A stretch of DNA of 64,000 bases, taken from the NCBI RefSeq assembly GCF_041956535.1, contig NW_027192213.1, positions 432,900-496,899 on the forward strand, written 5' to 3'. Shown piece after piece: positions 51,487-64,000 of the stretch (the first letter of the stretch is position 1; each line of letters begins with the position of its first letter). The DNA comes from Calcarisporiella thermophila CBS 279.70. Its lineage: Eukaryota; Fungi; Calcarisporiellomycota. Below the pieces are notes generated by a model, which worked only from the letters and a program-made list of their open reading frames with translations, was not told where the DNA came from and made no database searches. Both the position numbers and the translations under genes were made by a program.

Positions 51487-52380
51487 TCAAACAGGAACGT
51501 TGGTGTAAAGCAACGCTTCTTGGAGCCGACTAGAGACAAAGATATGAAGAAAAGCAGTTAAAAGCATGTACATTATACCGTAGCTTATAAGCCCAAGCGT
51601 ATAGCCTACCTGCGCAATTCCTGGTTCTCCCTTGCTATCCGATCCGCTGTCGCAAGCAGATCCCGCTGGACTCTATGCAGGTGCTGCAGGTGCTGCACCG
51701 TCTTCTGCAGTAGCGTTGCTTTGCTCATCTTCTTATTGACACAACCTGGCAGCTGCTTTCGCAAAATTTCGAATCCATCTTTTATTTGAGCGCGACGCTT
51801 TTGCTCGGATTGTATGTGGATCTGTCTACGCAGCTCTTGAGATGTTTGCTGTTTTTCGAACGGAAGTTTATCGCTGACAGCGTTTTCATTAGCCGCTTCT
51901 TCCTCAGTGGTGCTAGAGCTCTTCTCACTCTTTGGCGAGTCCCTCAAATTTTCGATTTGAAGTCGCGCTCGCTTATTTCGTGTGCTCTGCTCGTAAGTGT
52001 CTTTATTGTATTGATGGAATTCGGGATAATAGCCCTCAGGTAACGCAGCCATGGACGCCCTAATAGCATCGACAGGCGATGGTGAAGCAATATTAGGATG
52101 AAGATAGGATACAGAGGATGGAGAAGGATAATGCAGCGGCTCAGGAGATGGACTGGAATCAAATCCATTGCAATTAAGCGGATAGGGGAGTGGTGTGATA
52201 AAGCTGGGTGTGTGAGTGAGTGGAGCTAAAATATATTAATTAGAAACACGATAATATCTGAAAGACCAAATTAATTGCGCAATTACTTGGATAGAAAGCA
52301 GATTCTTCCATAATTTCAAGTTTGGGGCTTGTGTATCCGGAGAGAACGAAACCGTCCATATTGCATTGTGGGGGGATCAT
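51487..52380 (-). CDS. bHLH-leucine zipper transcription factor (Max/Mlx-like; spliced)
   Basis: RRQIHIQSEQKRRAQIKDGFEILRKQLP..KMSKATLLQKTVQHLQHL plus zipper; start uncertain. Confidence 0.85.
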
Positions 52381-53839
52381 GAGTGTGTCTTGAATTATGG
52401 AAAATGTGTATATAAACTTGAGGTATAAGGGCGATAGCACTGTTATAAGAAGGAAGGGTATTGATAAAAGTGCTAGAGAAGGGTTACGATGTGGAAGGAG
52501 GGGAGAGAGCAGAAAGAGTGTTAATTGTGAAATGGAATGGTGCCTCTCTTCTCCGGGTTTCTTCAATGATGTTTAGTAAAACATAAATAAGGACAAATGA
52601 GAGACTAGGATTCTCTAAAATTCGCGTAAGCTGAGACCGGGATGGAGAAGAGAGCAAAAGAGAAGAAAACAACTATAACAGCTCAAAAAGTGAGTAACGC
52701 AATTGTCCATTCGCTTGTTTAATGTTACACTCATTATCCTGAGTTGTAATTCGATATGTAGTATTTTCTCTCTTAACATTGCGTTCGAGACATCTTGGCT
52801 AACTCCAATCTATTCTAATTTTTCCACTGCACTCACACTGGAGCATTGTTTACGCGCTGTTTCATAGCAGGATCGATGTTGATTAAGGTGCTTAAAGAGG
52901 CCAGGTGTAAACATGCTCTCCGGGGTTTGGACGGATCAGAGTATATATATGTCTTCCGCCCAACCGGGTTTACCGCGATTATCTCTCCGACTGGTAAAGG
53001 TCGGCTAGTCGCTTATGTACGCACAAAACACACCAAGCCTGATGGATCGCATATAGGTTCGAAGCCCCCGTAACTAGACGGATTCATATTTTTGATCTTA
53101 CGTTTTTCGGCCCCTGACAAAGGCGGAGGTACAACAGCAAATGAAAATCGATATCTGGAATTTAGAAATTCTATTAAAAATAAGGCTCAATAAGGCTTGA
53201 TCAAGTGCTTCTTTAACCCCAAGCTAATTGCGGCACTTGTCCAATACCATTTGATTATGTGAGGACTACAAACACTTTGTGTTGTCGTATATAACACAGA
53301 CAATAAGGGGAATCACCAACAGTTATTCTTTGTACCAGAGTAGCGATGATGGTAACTATTACAAGCCAAATTCGCATACGATGAGATATTTAAAACCATA
53401 TATAGAACATCAATGGTAATCAATCTGCGGCATCAAATAAATTTTAGATTTTCAGTGTATAAAGAGAAGGACCCTCATGGAAATGATTAATACCAATCAA
53501 TCAAAATAAATTCCATCTTTGGTTGTCGACTTACTTTTTATCTAAAATGCCTCATAAGAATGATTCATAAGGTCTAGATAATCTTTACCGATAAACATCC
53601 TTGGCCACATTCGTAGAAATACAGCCACAAAGTTCATTATTCTATATATAAAATCATTGGGACTCTTAGTGGTCAATGCATACTCATTTTAAAATGGTTT
53701 TTGATCATTATTATTATTTCACTATACAAAAAGATTGGCACATGCCAAAGGAAAAAGAAGGAAAAAAAGTGTTTAAATAAAATATTGTCATTTTTGTAGA
53801 GAGCAGGGTAGTAAGAGGAGAAAGAGGAAGGCTGGTATA

Positions 53840-56800
53840 TCATTTTGTTCCATTGACGTTCTTATTTGCGACAACCATCTTCCCGAAATAGGCGCTTAAC
53901 GTTCCAAGCGAATTCGCATCCTCCAGCTCTGAATCTTCCGCTGCGTTTTCCGCAACAGCTGGGACAATTGCTGACAATACAGACAAAGGTTGCTCCTCTT
54001 TGCTTTCTTCTTCCTTCTGTGCTCCGTCGTTACCATCAATCTCATCAGAGGCTGGGCGCTGGAAAACCTCATCCATATACGCCTGGAAGAGCATTGTAAT
54101 TGGAGGAAGCATATGCGACGGTGCATTGAATACCCGTTGTGTTTTATTGGGTAGCTTTCCAACTGCTGTAGTATCGACGTCGACCTTGGAGGATGAACTT
54201 GCAGAAGAGGCGCCGAAAATATCTGAGAAGAAGGATGTGGGTTTCTTCGCCTCCAAAGAAAAGGTTGTGGCTCCCTTTCCTGCTGCTTCTGCTTTAGTTT
54301 CGACAATATCTTTGCCTAAAATTTGGAGATCCCAGTTTGCATCCAAGAATACAATGTCAGAATTTAATGTCAAACTCCGTTGGTGTGAAGGATCGGATGT
54401 GATATTGGAGCGTGGAAGACATAGAAGGGCGCGAGTTGAAGTATACACACGGTGAACAAGCATGGGTACAGCGGATTCAGGATTGAAGGCAAGGAAAATG
54501 GTTTGATTTGATGGAGCGTGAGTAGATACAACAAAATGAGGTGAGGCAAGGTCGATAGAGAGTTGAGCAACAGATAATTTGCATGACCACCAAACTATTT
54601 GCCAATAAAAATAGGTTTAGTACATGAATTTCGAGCAGAACCAATAATTAGAAAATATGATACCTGTGCAAGTCAACAGATTCCACACGTATAAATGCTT
54701 GTTAGTGCAAGCCACTAAGAAGTGGGATCCAGAGCAGAATGCCAGTCGTTGAACAGGCTCATACGAAGGTAACTGGGTAAGAACATTATGGATCATGTTG
54801 GTAAGCGGATCCCATAATGTAATCATGTGTCCATACGCCACGGCAAGGATGGATCCGTCATTCGAGAATGCCGCGTCGGTGGGGACATAATCCCTGTAGT
54901 ATCCAGTAGATCTACATGTCCATGCGGTCTCCATTTCGTTCTCGCTCGTGGACTCGGTAGAATGCCGCTGTAGTTGCCACACCTTGAATTTACCATCACG
55001 GGAAACTGTCACGCACATTGGGCTCTCTTTGGCATGAGGATGGAAAACTACACGGGTCACTTCCTTTTCGTGAGGGTAATCCGCTCGAGTATTCAAGATA
55101 TAAGATTGAGTATCCGGGTCAAATTGCCAGAATTTCAAGTACAACTCAGGTTTTGTGTTTTCATCATCGCGTGAATCAACGGTCGCCATCCACTCGCCAG
55201 AACGTGAGAAGGCAACATGGTCTACGTGACTTACAGTAATATGTTTATTGTCACTACGCGTGACTCGGTTGGTAGGTGAAACTTCAAGCTCAAGCACATG
55301 CTTGTCCGTCCGTGCATTGTAAAACTGTATGGTACCGGGAAGTCCATTAAGGACTATGTTGCGACTTCGAGGTTCCATCACAAGACCAGTGGTAAATGGA
55401 TTGGTTTCATGATTGGTTTGTGCTAGAATGAAAAAAAGAGGATTTACCAGTATAGAAAGTGTATCCTAATTATAAAGAGGAAGTATAAATGTACCATATT
55501 TCAAGCCCTGGACAGCCTGTTTAATTTGCAAATTAAGTGAAGTTATGATTCGAACAGAGTTGTCCATGTGTCCCAGAGCATAAAAGCGTTGATCAGGAGA
55601 GATAGTGATCGTTCTAATTTCAGACCCGAGGCGAGGGAGGAATTGTCGGTGGCCCGTCTCTAACTGCCAGATTACAAGCACGGCTTCTTCACCACCTGAG
55701 AGAAGATACCGTCCATCATTCGAAAATGCAAGATTATTAACTCTGTGCGCATGCCAGTGTAGAACTGAGGTGACTGGCGATTCAATCTGTTCACCCGAGA
55801 AACAATACCACATCGTGATTTTTCCTATTTCGTCCCCAGTTGCAATGCATGCTTCTGTTGGATGGAGGGCTAGGCAGGTTATCGGCTCAGGGGAGATGTA
55901 AGTTCGTACGTCGGTGCTTTTTCCTTTAGCTTTACAAACGTGCAATTTTCGAGACGCACCCACGATAAGGTGTTCACCATCAGATGATAAACACATACCC
56001 GAGCATTTCTTAGTTTTGAGAAGACGAATAACGTTGGCGGATGAAGAAAGTGGGAAGCGAAGGACAATAGTGTTTCGCTTTTCGATGCCAGCTGCAGGCA
56101 AGAATGTGGTGAGAATAAATTTAAACCTTCAAAAGGAGAATCAAAATACTTACAAACTTGTTTCTGAATTTGGTGTTGTCGCTTTTTCGATGCTTTTAGT
56201 GTTGCTACATAGATAAAATCTGGATCCGAAGGATGTATCGCCATATGTGTGACAGGAGACCCAATGTCGTGGGTTTTAAGGAGGGAAAAATCGCTGATAT
56301 CCCAGAGCTTTACAGTACCATCAAGCGAGGCAGAATAGAGCTATTTGAAGGGAAATGATCCAGTAAATAAATGACTTGGAGAGTAGACTACGTAATAGCA
56401 AGAAATACACATACCTGATTCGAATCGGTTGGATTCACAAGTGTACATGTAATGGTATCTCTATGTCCACTCTCACTCGAAGATAACGTTCTTACGAGCT
56501 CGCCGGTGGCAACGCTATATATTTTTATACTGGTCGATGCGCAGCAAAAGAAGTATCTAAAAAAAAGAAGTTATCATCATTGAACAAATTCGACGAAAAC
56601 AGCTTAGTGTTGAATGATTTTATAACAGTACCTTGAATCGTTGGTAAAAATAACTGGAAACTGGCTTAAAGGACCACCCGATACTTTGCTGACTGATAAC
56701 GTTTTTGTGTGTGTTATAGCTTTATGATCGATGGCACCAATCTGTTCATTTTCCTCAGCCTTTGATATTTTGCCCACTGACTTCTTTCCGGGTTTTTCAT

Positions 56801-56954
56801 TCGAGGACAATGCTTGATCAGGTTTTCCTGGTGACTTCGTCGGGCGTGCAGCATCGCCAGTATGAATTAGCTTTTTCATTGAAGGGGACTTATTGTGAGC
56901 CTTTTTCGGTGTCACTTTTTTGGACGGCGCCTTTTGATTCCCCGTAAATACCAT
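53840..56954 (-). CDS. UTP17: WD-repeat SSU processome subunit WDR75/Utp17/Nan1 (spliced)
   Basis: VIFTNDS-YFF, LHWHAHRV..LAFSNDGRYLLSGGEEAVLVIWQL....QFLPRLG, WMATVD, LKFW, AFSNDGSILAVA, APSHMLPP. Confidence 0.9.
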
Positions 56955-57815
56955 TCCCACTATCAAATTTCTATGTATCCTTTTAGAAAAAGTATTATAC
57001 TAGTTCAAGTATCTAACTGCAAAACTATAATTCAAACGTATGAAATGTAAACAACTGCGCCATTCAAACACAGTCATTTGTGACTACTGATTATCTGGGA
57101 TCATTTTATGAAAGAATTTCATGCCACTATCGAGGAATGTAAAAACGATACTAGTTAATTATTTATGAAATATCAACCGCGATAGATATCGAAGAAAAAT
57201 ACATAGAAACCACTAAAAGTGCATATAGTTAATTTTATTCTCATATATTGAATTTTCCGTATATATTATAGCCATGGCTGCTATATATCTACATCCTGGG
57301 AACTAGAGTAGTATTATTTTGTAAACCACTTCCCCTCTCCCCCAAAATTATTGATATACTAATCTTAAAAAGGACTGAAAGCTATGTCAATACAAGCTCC
57401 AGGAAAATGTCAAGTAAAATAAGCTTTATAGCTGGTAAAAATATCTAAAAAACAATCCTCCGTACGGTAGAGCCTTAAGCATTATAACTAAAAAAGATAG
57501 TCAATCAATTATGCATACATACACAACGCACAGAGGTTAGCGAAAAAAATAACGACAAGAATTTATGCAAGGAGGAACTTATAAGAGAAGCTAAAAAACA
57601 AGATGCTAAAAAACGATAAGGGTTGTATGACGAAAGGGTTACATAAAATATAAGAAAATAATAATAGATGAATGACAACACATAAAATAGAGGAGAAATT
57701 AACATTTAGCCAAAATTTGAAGTATGATAGATATTGTGGATTACGATACACGTGAATATACGGATACACGTAAATACAAGGGAAAAAAGCCAAAGCCTCC
57801 AAGCAGATTATTCTC

Positions 57816-60800
57816 TCAGTTCTCGGGTCCAGAGGATATTGTCGCTTTGCCATTTGATACTACCGCAACTGCTGTATCTGCTACTCCAACTTCCATTCCT
57901 CCCTTCTCCGACAAAGTTAATGAGAAGAGAATCTGCCACTCTCCAATTGGATCATCCATTACTGCGTGTATACAGCCCTGACGCGTGGCCTCCGGGTTCA
58001 GACATCGGATGTTTGATCCCTGAATAACCTGTTCTCGTATCCCCGTGTTAACGTTCCATACCTCAATAAATGAAGTCTCGAACGCAAGCACGTAAGGATA
58101 ATGGTACACAAATGCTGTTGGGATACCCTCCCAGAAGATAATCCAGTTATGACGCACATGCCGACCATTTTTATCCACATAAAAGGCGAACTCGTCATAG
58201 CACAGAAGGAACTCGCCATTTCGTACTCGATATAATGCAATGGGTCGCACATTTTCTCGTTTGTGGACAAAAGCAAGCGACTCATTGTCCGGGTCAAGCA
58301 GCTCCTGCGTAGATAGGGTTTCTAGATCTACGACCTCGAAGCCCTTAGTACAACCAACGCAAAGTTTCGACTTTAGAAAGTGGATTGAGGTGGATTCCGT
58401 GGGGATATAAAATTCTTTATAAAAACGTAAAGATTCGTGCCCGCTTCGCAATAAGCGCCCTATGCTAGATTTGTTCTTCTTGCTGGCGGGTTGGTATTGG
58501 GGTTCTAGGGCCTTGATTGTTGTCGAGAGCGAATTTGACTTAACAACGCAGATAAGGTTGCGATTAAGGCATGTGCCGTACTTGAAGAAAGAGACATGAG
58601 AACTAATGCGGCGTCCTCGTCGATTTGCTGGATTAGTGTCGAAAGCATCAAGGACTTCAATCGGATAGGTATAGAGTTGTTTATCTGTAAAAAATATCGA
58701 GAGCTTTAGCATCCTATTTTGATACTATGATAAATAGGGCTAGGAAAATTGAAGAATTACCTGCAAGCACCATTATGATTCGAGTTTCCTCTAAAATCTC
58801 AATTTGTGAGACCTTTTCTAAGGTCAATACATGTTGGAAGGATTTCATATCTCCAGTCACCCCTACACTCAATCCTAGATCTGTTCCCAGCACGAGTTTC
58901 ATACCGTTTTCTAGGAGAAAAAATAGAATAGGTTATTATCGTTAAAAAAGCAAACGGATAAAAAAACATACCACACGTTGCTGAACAATTAATTTTGTTA
59001 TGACTTGGGAAATAGCGCTCCGATAGAATCTTTACTTCAAATATTCGTGTATTTTCAAATATAATCTGGCGCTGACGTTCAATCTTTTCGACCCATTTGC
59101 AACGCGCGGAATGGGTGGAAGCGTAAAGGGTAAGAGGGGGACCAAATTTGCTGCCGAGCGATACAAAGGTAATGGGATATCCAGCTTTGGTTTCAGATTT
59201 TTGCGCAGGTGATGCAGCAACTGGAGTAAGGCGACCATAGGAAGGAAGAATGGAGCTGGGGCGGCGCGAGTTTTGCTGATCTGGTAATATTACCTGCAGT
59301 AGTTCAAGAGGTATTGGCTGTACCGGAATTGGAATAGAAAAATTAGTGTGAATCAGATTGCAAGGGGGGACACCATTTACTCACCGCCTTATAGACTTTA
59401 TATTGCTCGTACTTCTGAACATGCTTAATTTTGGTGAAGAGTAGTACATGATCAAAGAGGAACACTTGCAAATCCGAAGACTGATCAGTATTAGAGCTCT
59501 TTTTGTTCAGTGGACCTTTAAATATGATTTCACGATTCGGATCGTGCAGCTGAAGATCCTGGAAATGATAAACAGATGTGACAAAAATTAGCGGCTCAGT
59601 AAAGAGAGAGGCTAACAAATCAATAGTTCACCTGATAATCAGTTCCGGGCTTGAAAATGATCTGCTCTTGCAATTGATCCAAGGTTAACCGATTTTCTAC
59701 TCTCCCAGTTTCAACATTGACTCTCTTTAAAAACTCTCTAATGATATTCATAGCCTTGGGAATATTCGTGCGATCCGGGTGACCTTCAGGCGTGTGCTTC
59801 AAAATTTGATCCAATAACAAATTATACCGTGCCAGTCGAGTGGTTGGCTTTGTCAGATAGCCATTCAACTCAAGCTTCCGCGACTCAGGAAGCCTTTCAA
59901 CCTCTTGGACGAAAAAGGCAAACTGCGGATTTCCATTTTTTTCTCTTTCAAACACGAATTTACCAATGACCTGATGTGCTCCATAGCGAACAAAGGGCTC
60001 AAAATTTACAACGTGGTCGAGAAGAATATCTCCTATTTGATCGACAATAGCATATGCATTCTGTCGTTTCTGCATTGCATCGCACATCCGAGAATTAATT
60101 GCGTGTACCTCGAGGATATTGAAGAAGACTTCGCGAATAAACAGCTCGCGACGCTCTTCCGGAACCACGGCGCTTACTCGGAGCGGTTTAATCCAAAACT
60201 AGGCAGGATTTAGAATATTTCGTAATGATATTTAACTATATATATTTATATACTGCATAAAGCAAGTGCTTACCTCACGTACATATTCCAGGTCAGATAC
60301 AAAATCTTTCTCGGTATAAATCAGTTCGAAAATATTCTCTTGTCGCTTACGCTCTTCGGATGACACTGAATCTGCAATTTCTCTGGGGACGGAATGAATC
60401 CAAAGACGCTGGTCCTAAAAAGAGAATACACTCTTGAATATAAACAGATATCTGGACTAGGGTGGTGGGATTAAATTTACCTGAGTCGAATCGTTATTAG
60501 ATCCACGACTAGCAGACCGAATTAAATTCCCATCTATGTTTTGATTAAGCCGAGCCTGCTATGATACACAACATTAGAAAAAAAAAAAGATGAAATGGTG
60601 TCCTGAACTAATTAAAATATCTACCTGTTCCAACCTCCGTGGACATACAATACTATAGCACAATTTGTCTCGCGAGCAGGTGGGTGAATAACAATCAGTT
60701 AGTAATGTGAACACTCCGTTAGGTAAATCACCTTCTTCCTCCTCTTCTCTTTCTTCCTCTACTTGAGAGAGCAGTTCTCTTTCGGGCACAGTTAAAGTAG

Positions 60801-62097
60801 GGGCCCGATCTTTAAATTTGTAAAGCTCATTAACACTATCACGCAGGCGATGGTCATAAGTAACATCATGAAAAAATTTTTGAGAGTCTAGTGCACGGCC
60901 AACTAGTAATGCAAGATTACGGTCGGTCGTACGAATAATATAGGCAAGAAGATCCTTAACAATATAAATGGATATTAGTATTAGACTCTTCAAACATATA
61001 AATATAAATATAGACATATACCACTGCTTCTCGTCCATCAAAACAGTCCTTATATTCTAGAGAATTTTTGAGTCTTGTATTGAGAGAAATTCTCTGCCGA
61101 AATGCCGTTGCTACGCGTGAGAGCAGAGCAGGATAGACCACAGGAGCACGTAAGCGGGAAATTGTTAATGTGCGATCATTCATCTCGTAGGAGGTCGAAG
61201 ATAGTGAATGTGTACGCTCTCCATAAACACGTCCAGATCGATTCATACTATTTAATGTTTCAAAAGAGGCTCGAGAAGAAATCGTAGTTCCTTGAGTAGA
61301 GAGTGTGCTTGCTGGAATTACAAATAATAGAGTGAAGAATGAGAAATGAAAGTTTAATATTAGTATACAGGCATTGGTTTTAGGATTTATGAGATCTGTA
61401 CCTCGATCATAAGACAAAAATTGAGCTCGTCCGGGAGGAGAGCGTTCACGAAATACGCCCTGTGAATGAGGCGCTTTTAGCGGAGGGGTATGGTAAACCC
61501 CATCAAAATCGCTGAATTGACCAGTTCTGTAAGTTTGCGTGGAGGATTGACTACTATTTGAAGGAACTATTCCACGAAAAAGGAGTATAAAAATATGAGT
61601 TAAAAGGTCAATATTAGCTATAGAATTCAGCGTTAAAAATCTCTACTTCTTTTATGTGTGCGTGTAGGTACGTTGCGATTAGATGCTAAAACATGTTCTC
61701 GCGTTATGATTGGCGGTGCGCGATATGCCTGTCTTTCTATCGACTGTCGAACATTTTCAGTGTTTGGATGCGAATTATTAGAACTGTATGAGGACTGGCC
61801 AAAGCTTGATTGAATGTTCTGCGAAGGTATTTGGTTACTTGCCACCACGGACGAAAAATGCGAATTAGCTATTTAAACAAATGTAAAAAATTGACTATAT
61901 GAATTCAAAAATTTATGACTATTTTATGGGAAATAGGACATACATTGGCTTGTCCAGTATTGGGAGCGGTTTGGCAGCTGTGATGTAAATTGGGAGTGAT
62001 GCATTAATTGGGACTGTGATACCGATGAATCCATCATTCGGTCTCTATGCGCACCGATGTATGGGGATTCACGAGAATCTCTCGTAATGTCCTCCAT
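57816..62097 (-). CDS. Rho1 guanine-nucleotide exchange factor, Rom1/2-Rgf1 type (DEP-DH-PH-CNH; spliced)
   Basis: VVYPALLSRVA, YKDCFDGREAV, DRNLALLVGRALDSQKFFHDVTYDHRLRDS, TLLTDCYSPTC, RKLELNGYLTKPTTRLARY, KEFYIPTES. Confidence 0.94.
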
Positions 62098-62369
62098 ATC
62101 GATTAGTACAATCTTTATTACTCCCTTGGTAACTTCTCTAAACCGCTATTATCCCTGAGGTAGCTGAAGACAAACACAATATCTATCTCCTCATTGTGTT
62201 CACACATTTATCTTAAAATTAGTTTTTCGAAACGTAATGAGGCGCAGCTTTGAAATATTTTCCAATGCCAAAAAAAGGTACACAAGCAAAGCAAAGTTTG
62301 AAAAACATTGAAAAAATATCACACAATGTATAGGATTAATATTGCAGAGTAGAGTGGAATAAGAAGTTA

Positions 62370-64000
62370 TTAGGAATGCGGCGATAGCCATTGATGTCTA
62401 CGTTTACGCCACGACTCCATTTGATTTTTCGGTAGGCTATACAAAGGGTTGTAAGGAGAGGGTATAGCTGTGCGCTTTCGGAAAAACATGTCCTCTCCTC
62501 CATCAAATATAATACGGTAGGTGGATTCAGAAAAGGAAATGTTCATCCCGTCTCGCCAAATCAGTCTCTTTAATTCTTCGCTTCTTAGGTTCTTATTGAC
62601 TTTAGCGCTTCTTTCATCCACTCTTCTTTTCTTACTTCGATCGAGAGTAACATTTTCTATATATTGATTAATCATGCTATCGTTTAGTTCAAGTTCACCC
62701 AAGGATGCTGGAGGTGATGACCCGGAAGATTTTGCATAGCTAGATCCCAGAATGTTTCGTATTAAAAATGGTGGCTTAATGCCTGCTAGTGCCGGCTCGG
62801 TCGTTTCGCACACCGCGTAATTTTCTAGATAGCGTGCAAATTCCTCCCTCGAAGACAATGGACTATCAGCTCTCCCTAGGAGCTGTATGGATAGGATAAA
62901 GGGTTGAGACTACAGTAAATGCAAATAATTAATATACGTCATAAAGAAAAGCATATATCCAAATTAATGTTCGCATACTGATTTTATCATATATGTGTTT
63001 TCATTCATTAATATTGCTTGTACTTCAAAACGATACGCAGTCAGTTTTTGACTATCAAACCTCGCTAGTTTACGATTGTAGTGAAATAGACGCTCTAGAT
63101 CATACATTTTTGAGTTGCTAACGACAGCTTGAAACTAATGGGCAATTAATTACATTGACTTACAATTGTAATTCATAAAGTATATGTTTACCTGCTTCCA
63201 TAAAGTCCTTATCAATTTCTCCATCGTGAATACGATGTAGCCCTGGATTCCAAACATTCCACGAATGTATTCTTCAAACCGCAATTGATCAATCTTACTA
63301 GCAAGTAGCATCTGGAGCACCCGAAGAAATTGCTCATAATAGTAATCTGATGAAGGGCTCGCAGGTGCTTCTAAAATAATGTAATAGATGGGATGAGATA
63401 AAGAAAACAAAAAAGATATCACAGTTGAACTTAGGTTAGATTTTACCAGGGAATAAATCACGATCCAACGCCGACAAATCTACACGCTCCTCTGACGGTC
63501 GAGTTGCAATTTCCGTTGAATATCTTTTAATAAGTAATAATCGCGAATAGACTATCTCTAAAAGTCGCAAAAAGCAATAAAATACATCTCCGGAAAAGAA
63601 ATATATTGTTCCTTGTCGCGCAGGTTGTCCTCTTTTTGAGCCGTTATTTTGACAATTGTCTTCACATTGCAGCAATTGAGATAAAAATTCCCTCAAAAAT
63701 CTTTCGTATTTGTCTTTATCTTCTGGTGTGATTCCCGGCTCTTCCCATCCACTCGCCAATAACTTAATTACTCTGGTATAAACTTCGTACTCCTCAAATT
63801 TAACCCATACATGCACACCATCGTGTCCATGTGCTTGCGCTTCCTGTCGCCTTGCTTCAATCTCTGTAATAAGAGAACGTGGATTTAACATACGCTTTTC
63901 TTCATTTTTGAACGTCGTGGATTTATGGTCTAGAGCTTTGAGATAATTTTTTGCGAATGCGTTACGCCAATTAATAAGATTGGATTCCTACAAAACATGA
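62370..64000 (-). CDS. Sin3-like transcriptional corepressor, C-terminal part (partial; spliced)
   Basis: WRNAFAKNYLKALDHKSTTFKNEEK..LNPRSLITEI, FYCFLRLLEIVYSRL, FEEYIRGMFG..GYIVFTMEKLI resemble the Sin3 HID/Sin3a_C consensus. Confidence 0.8.

Noticed and set aside
57081-57140. GACTACT...GGGATCATTT resembling U3 snoRNA boxes A'/A next to UTP17
   Set aside because: No B, C or D boxes or terminal stem downstream.

Overview
Gene-dense, intron-rich eukaryotic DNA. Short GT-AG introns (about 50-100 nt) and the gene set (Vac7, Rom/Rgf-type RhoGEF, Med12, MOT1) indicate a fungus, most likely early-diverging such as Mucoromycota; the taxon is inferred. The window opens with a 5'-truncated, frameshifted L1/Tx1-clade non-LTR retrotransposon. 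It has a poly(A) tail and a 13-bp target-site duplication, and it is inserted 48 bp upstream of an intact tRNA-Glu(CTC) gene. This is the best candidate for an undescribed system: tRNA-gene-targeted LINE integration in a fungus. The remainder holds about 22 spliced protein genes: Vac7, Trm7, DUF1640/MCUR1-like, METTL6-like, Cks1, F-box/WD40, HMG-CoA reductase, Rps19, Med12, a bZIP factor, an MFS pump, an AAAP amino-acid permease, CPT1/EPT1, an unknown protein, a truncated acyl-CoA-synthetase-like protein, a short KDM5, BolA, DUF5321-like, MOT1, bHLH-Zip, WDR75/Utp17, Rom2-like GEF and a partial Sin3. CDS coordinates are gene spans including introns, read by eye, so some start codons are uncertain. 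The supplied ORF track uses GTG/TTG starts and runs into introns, so most of its short ORFs are artefacts.
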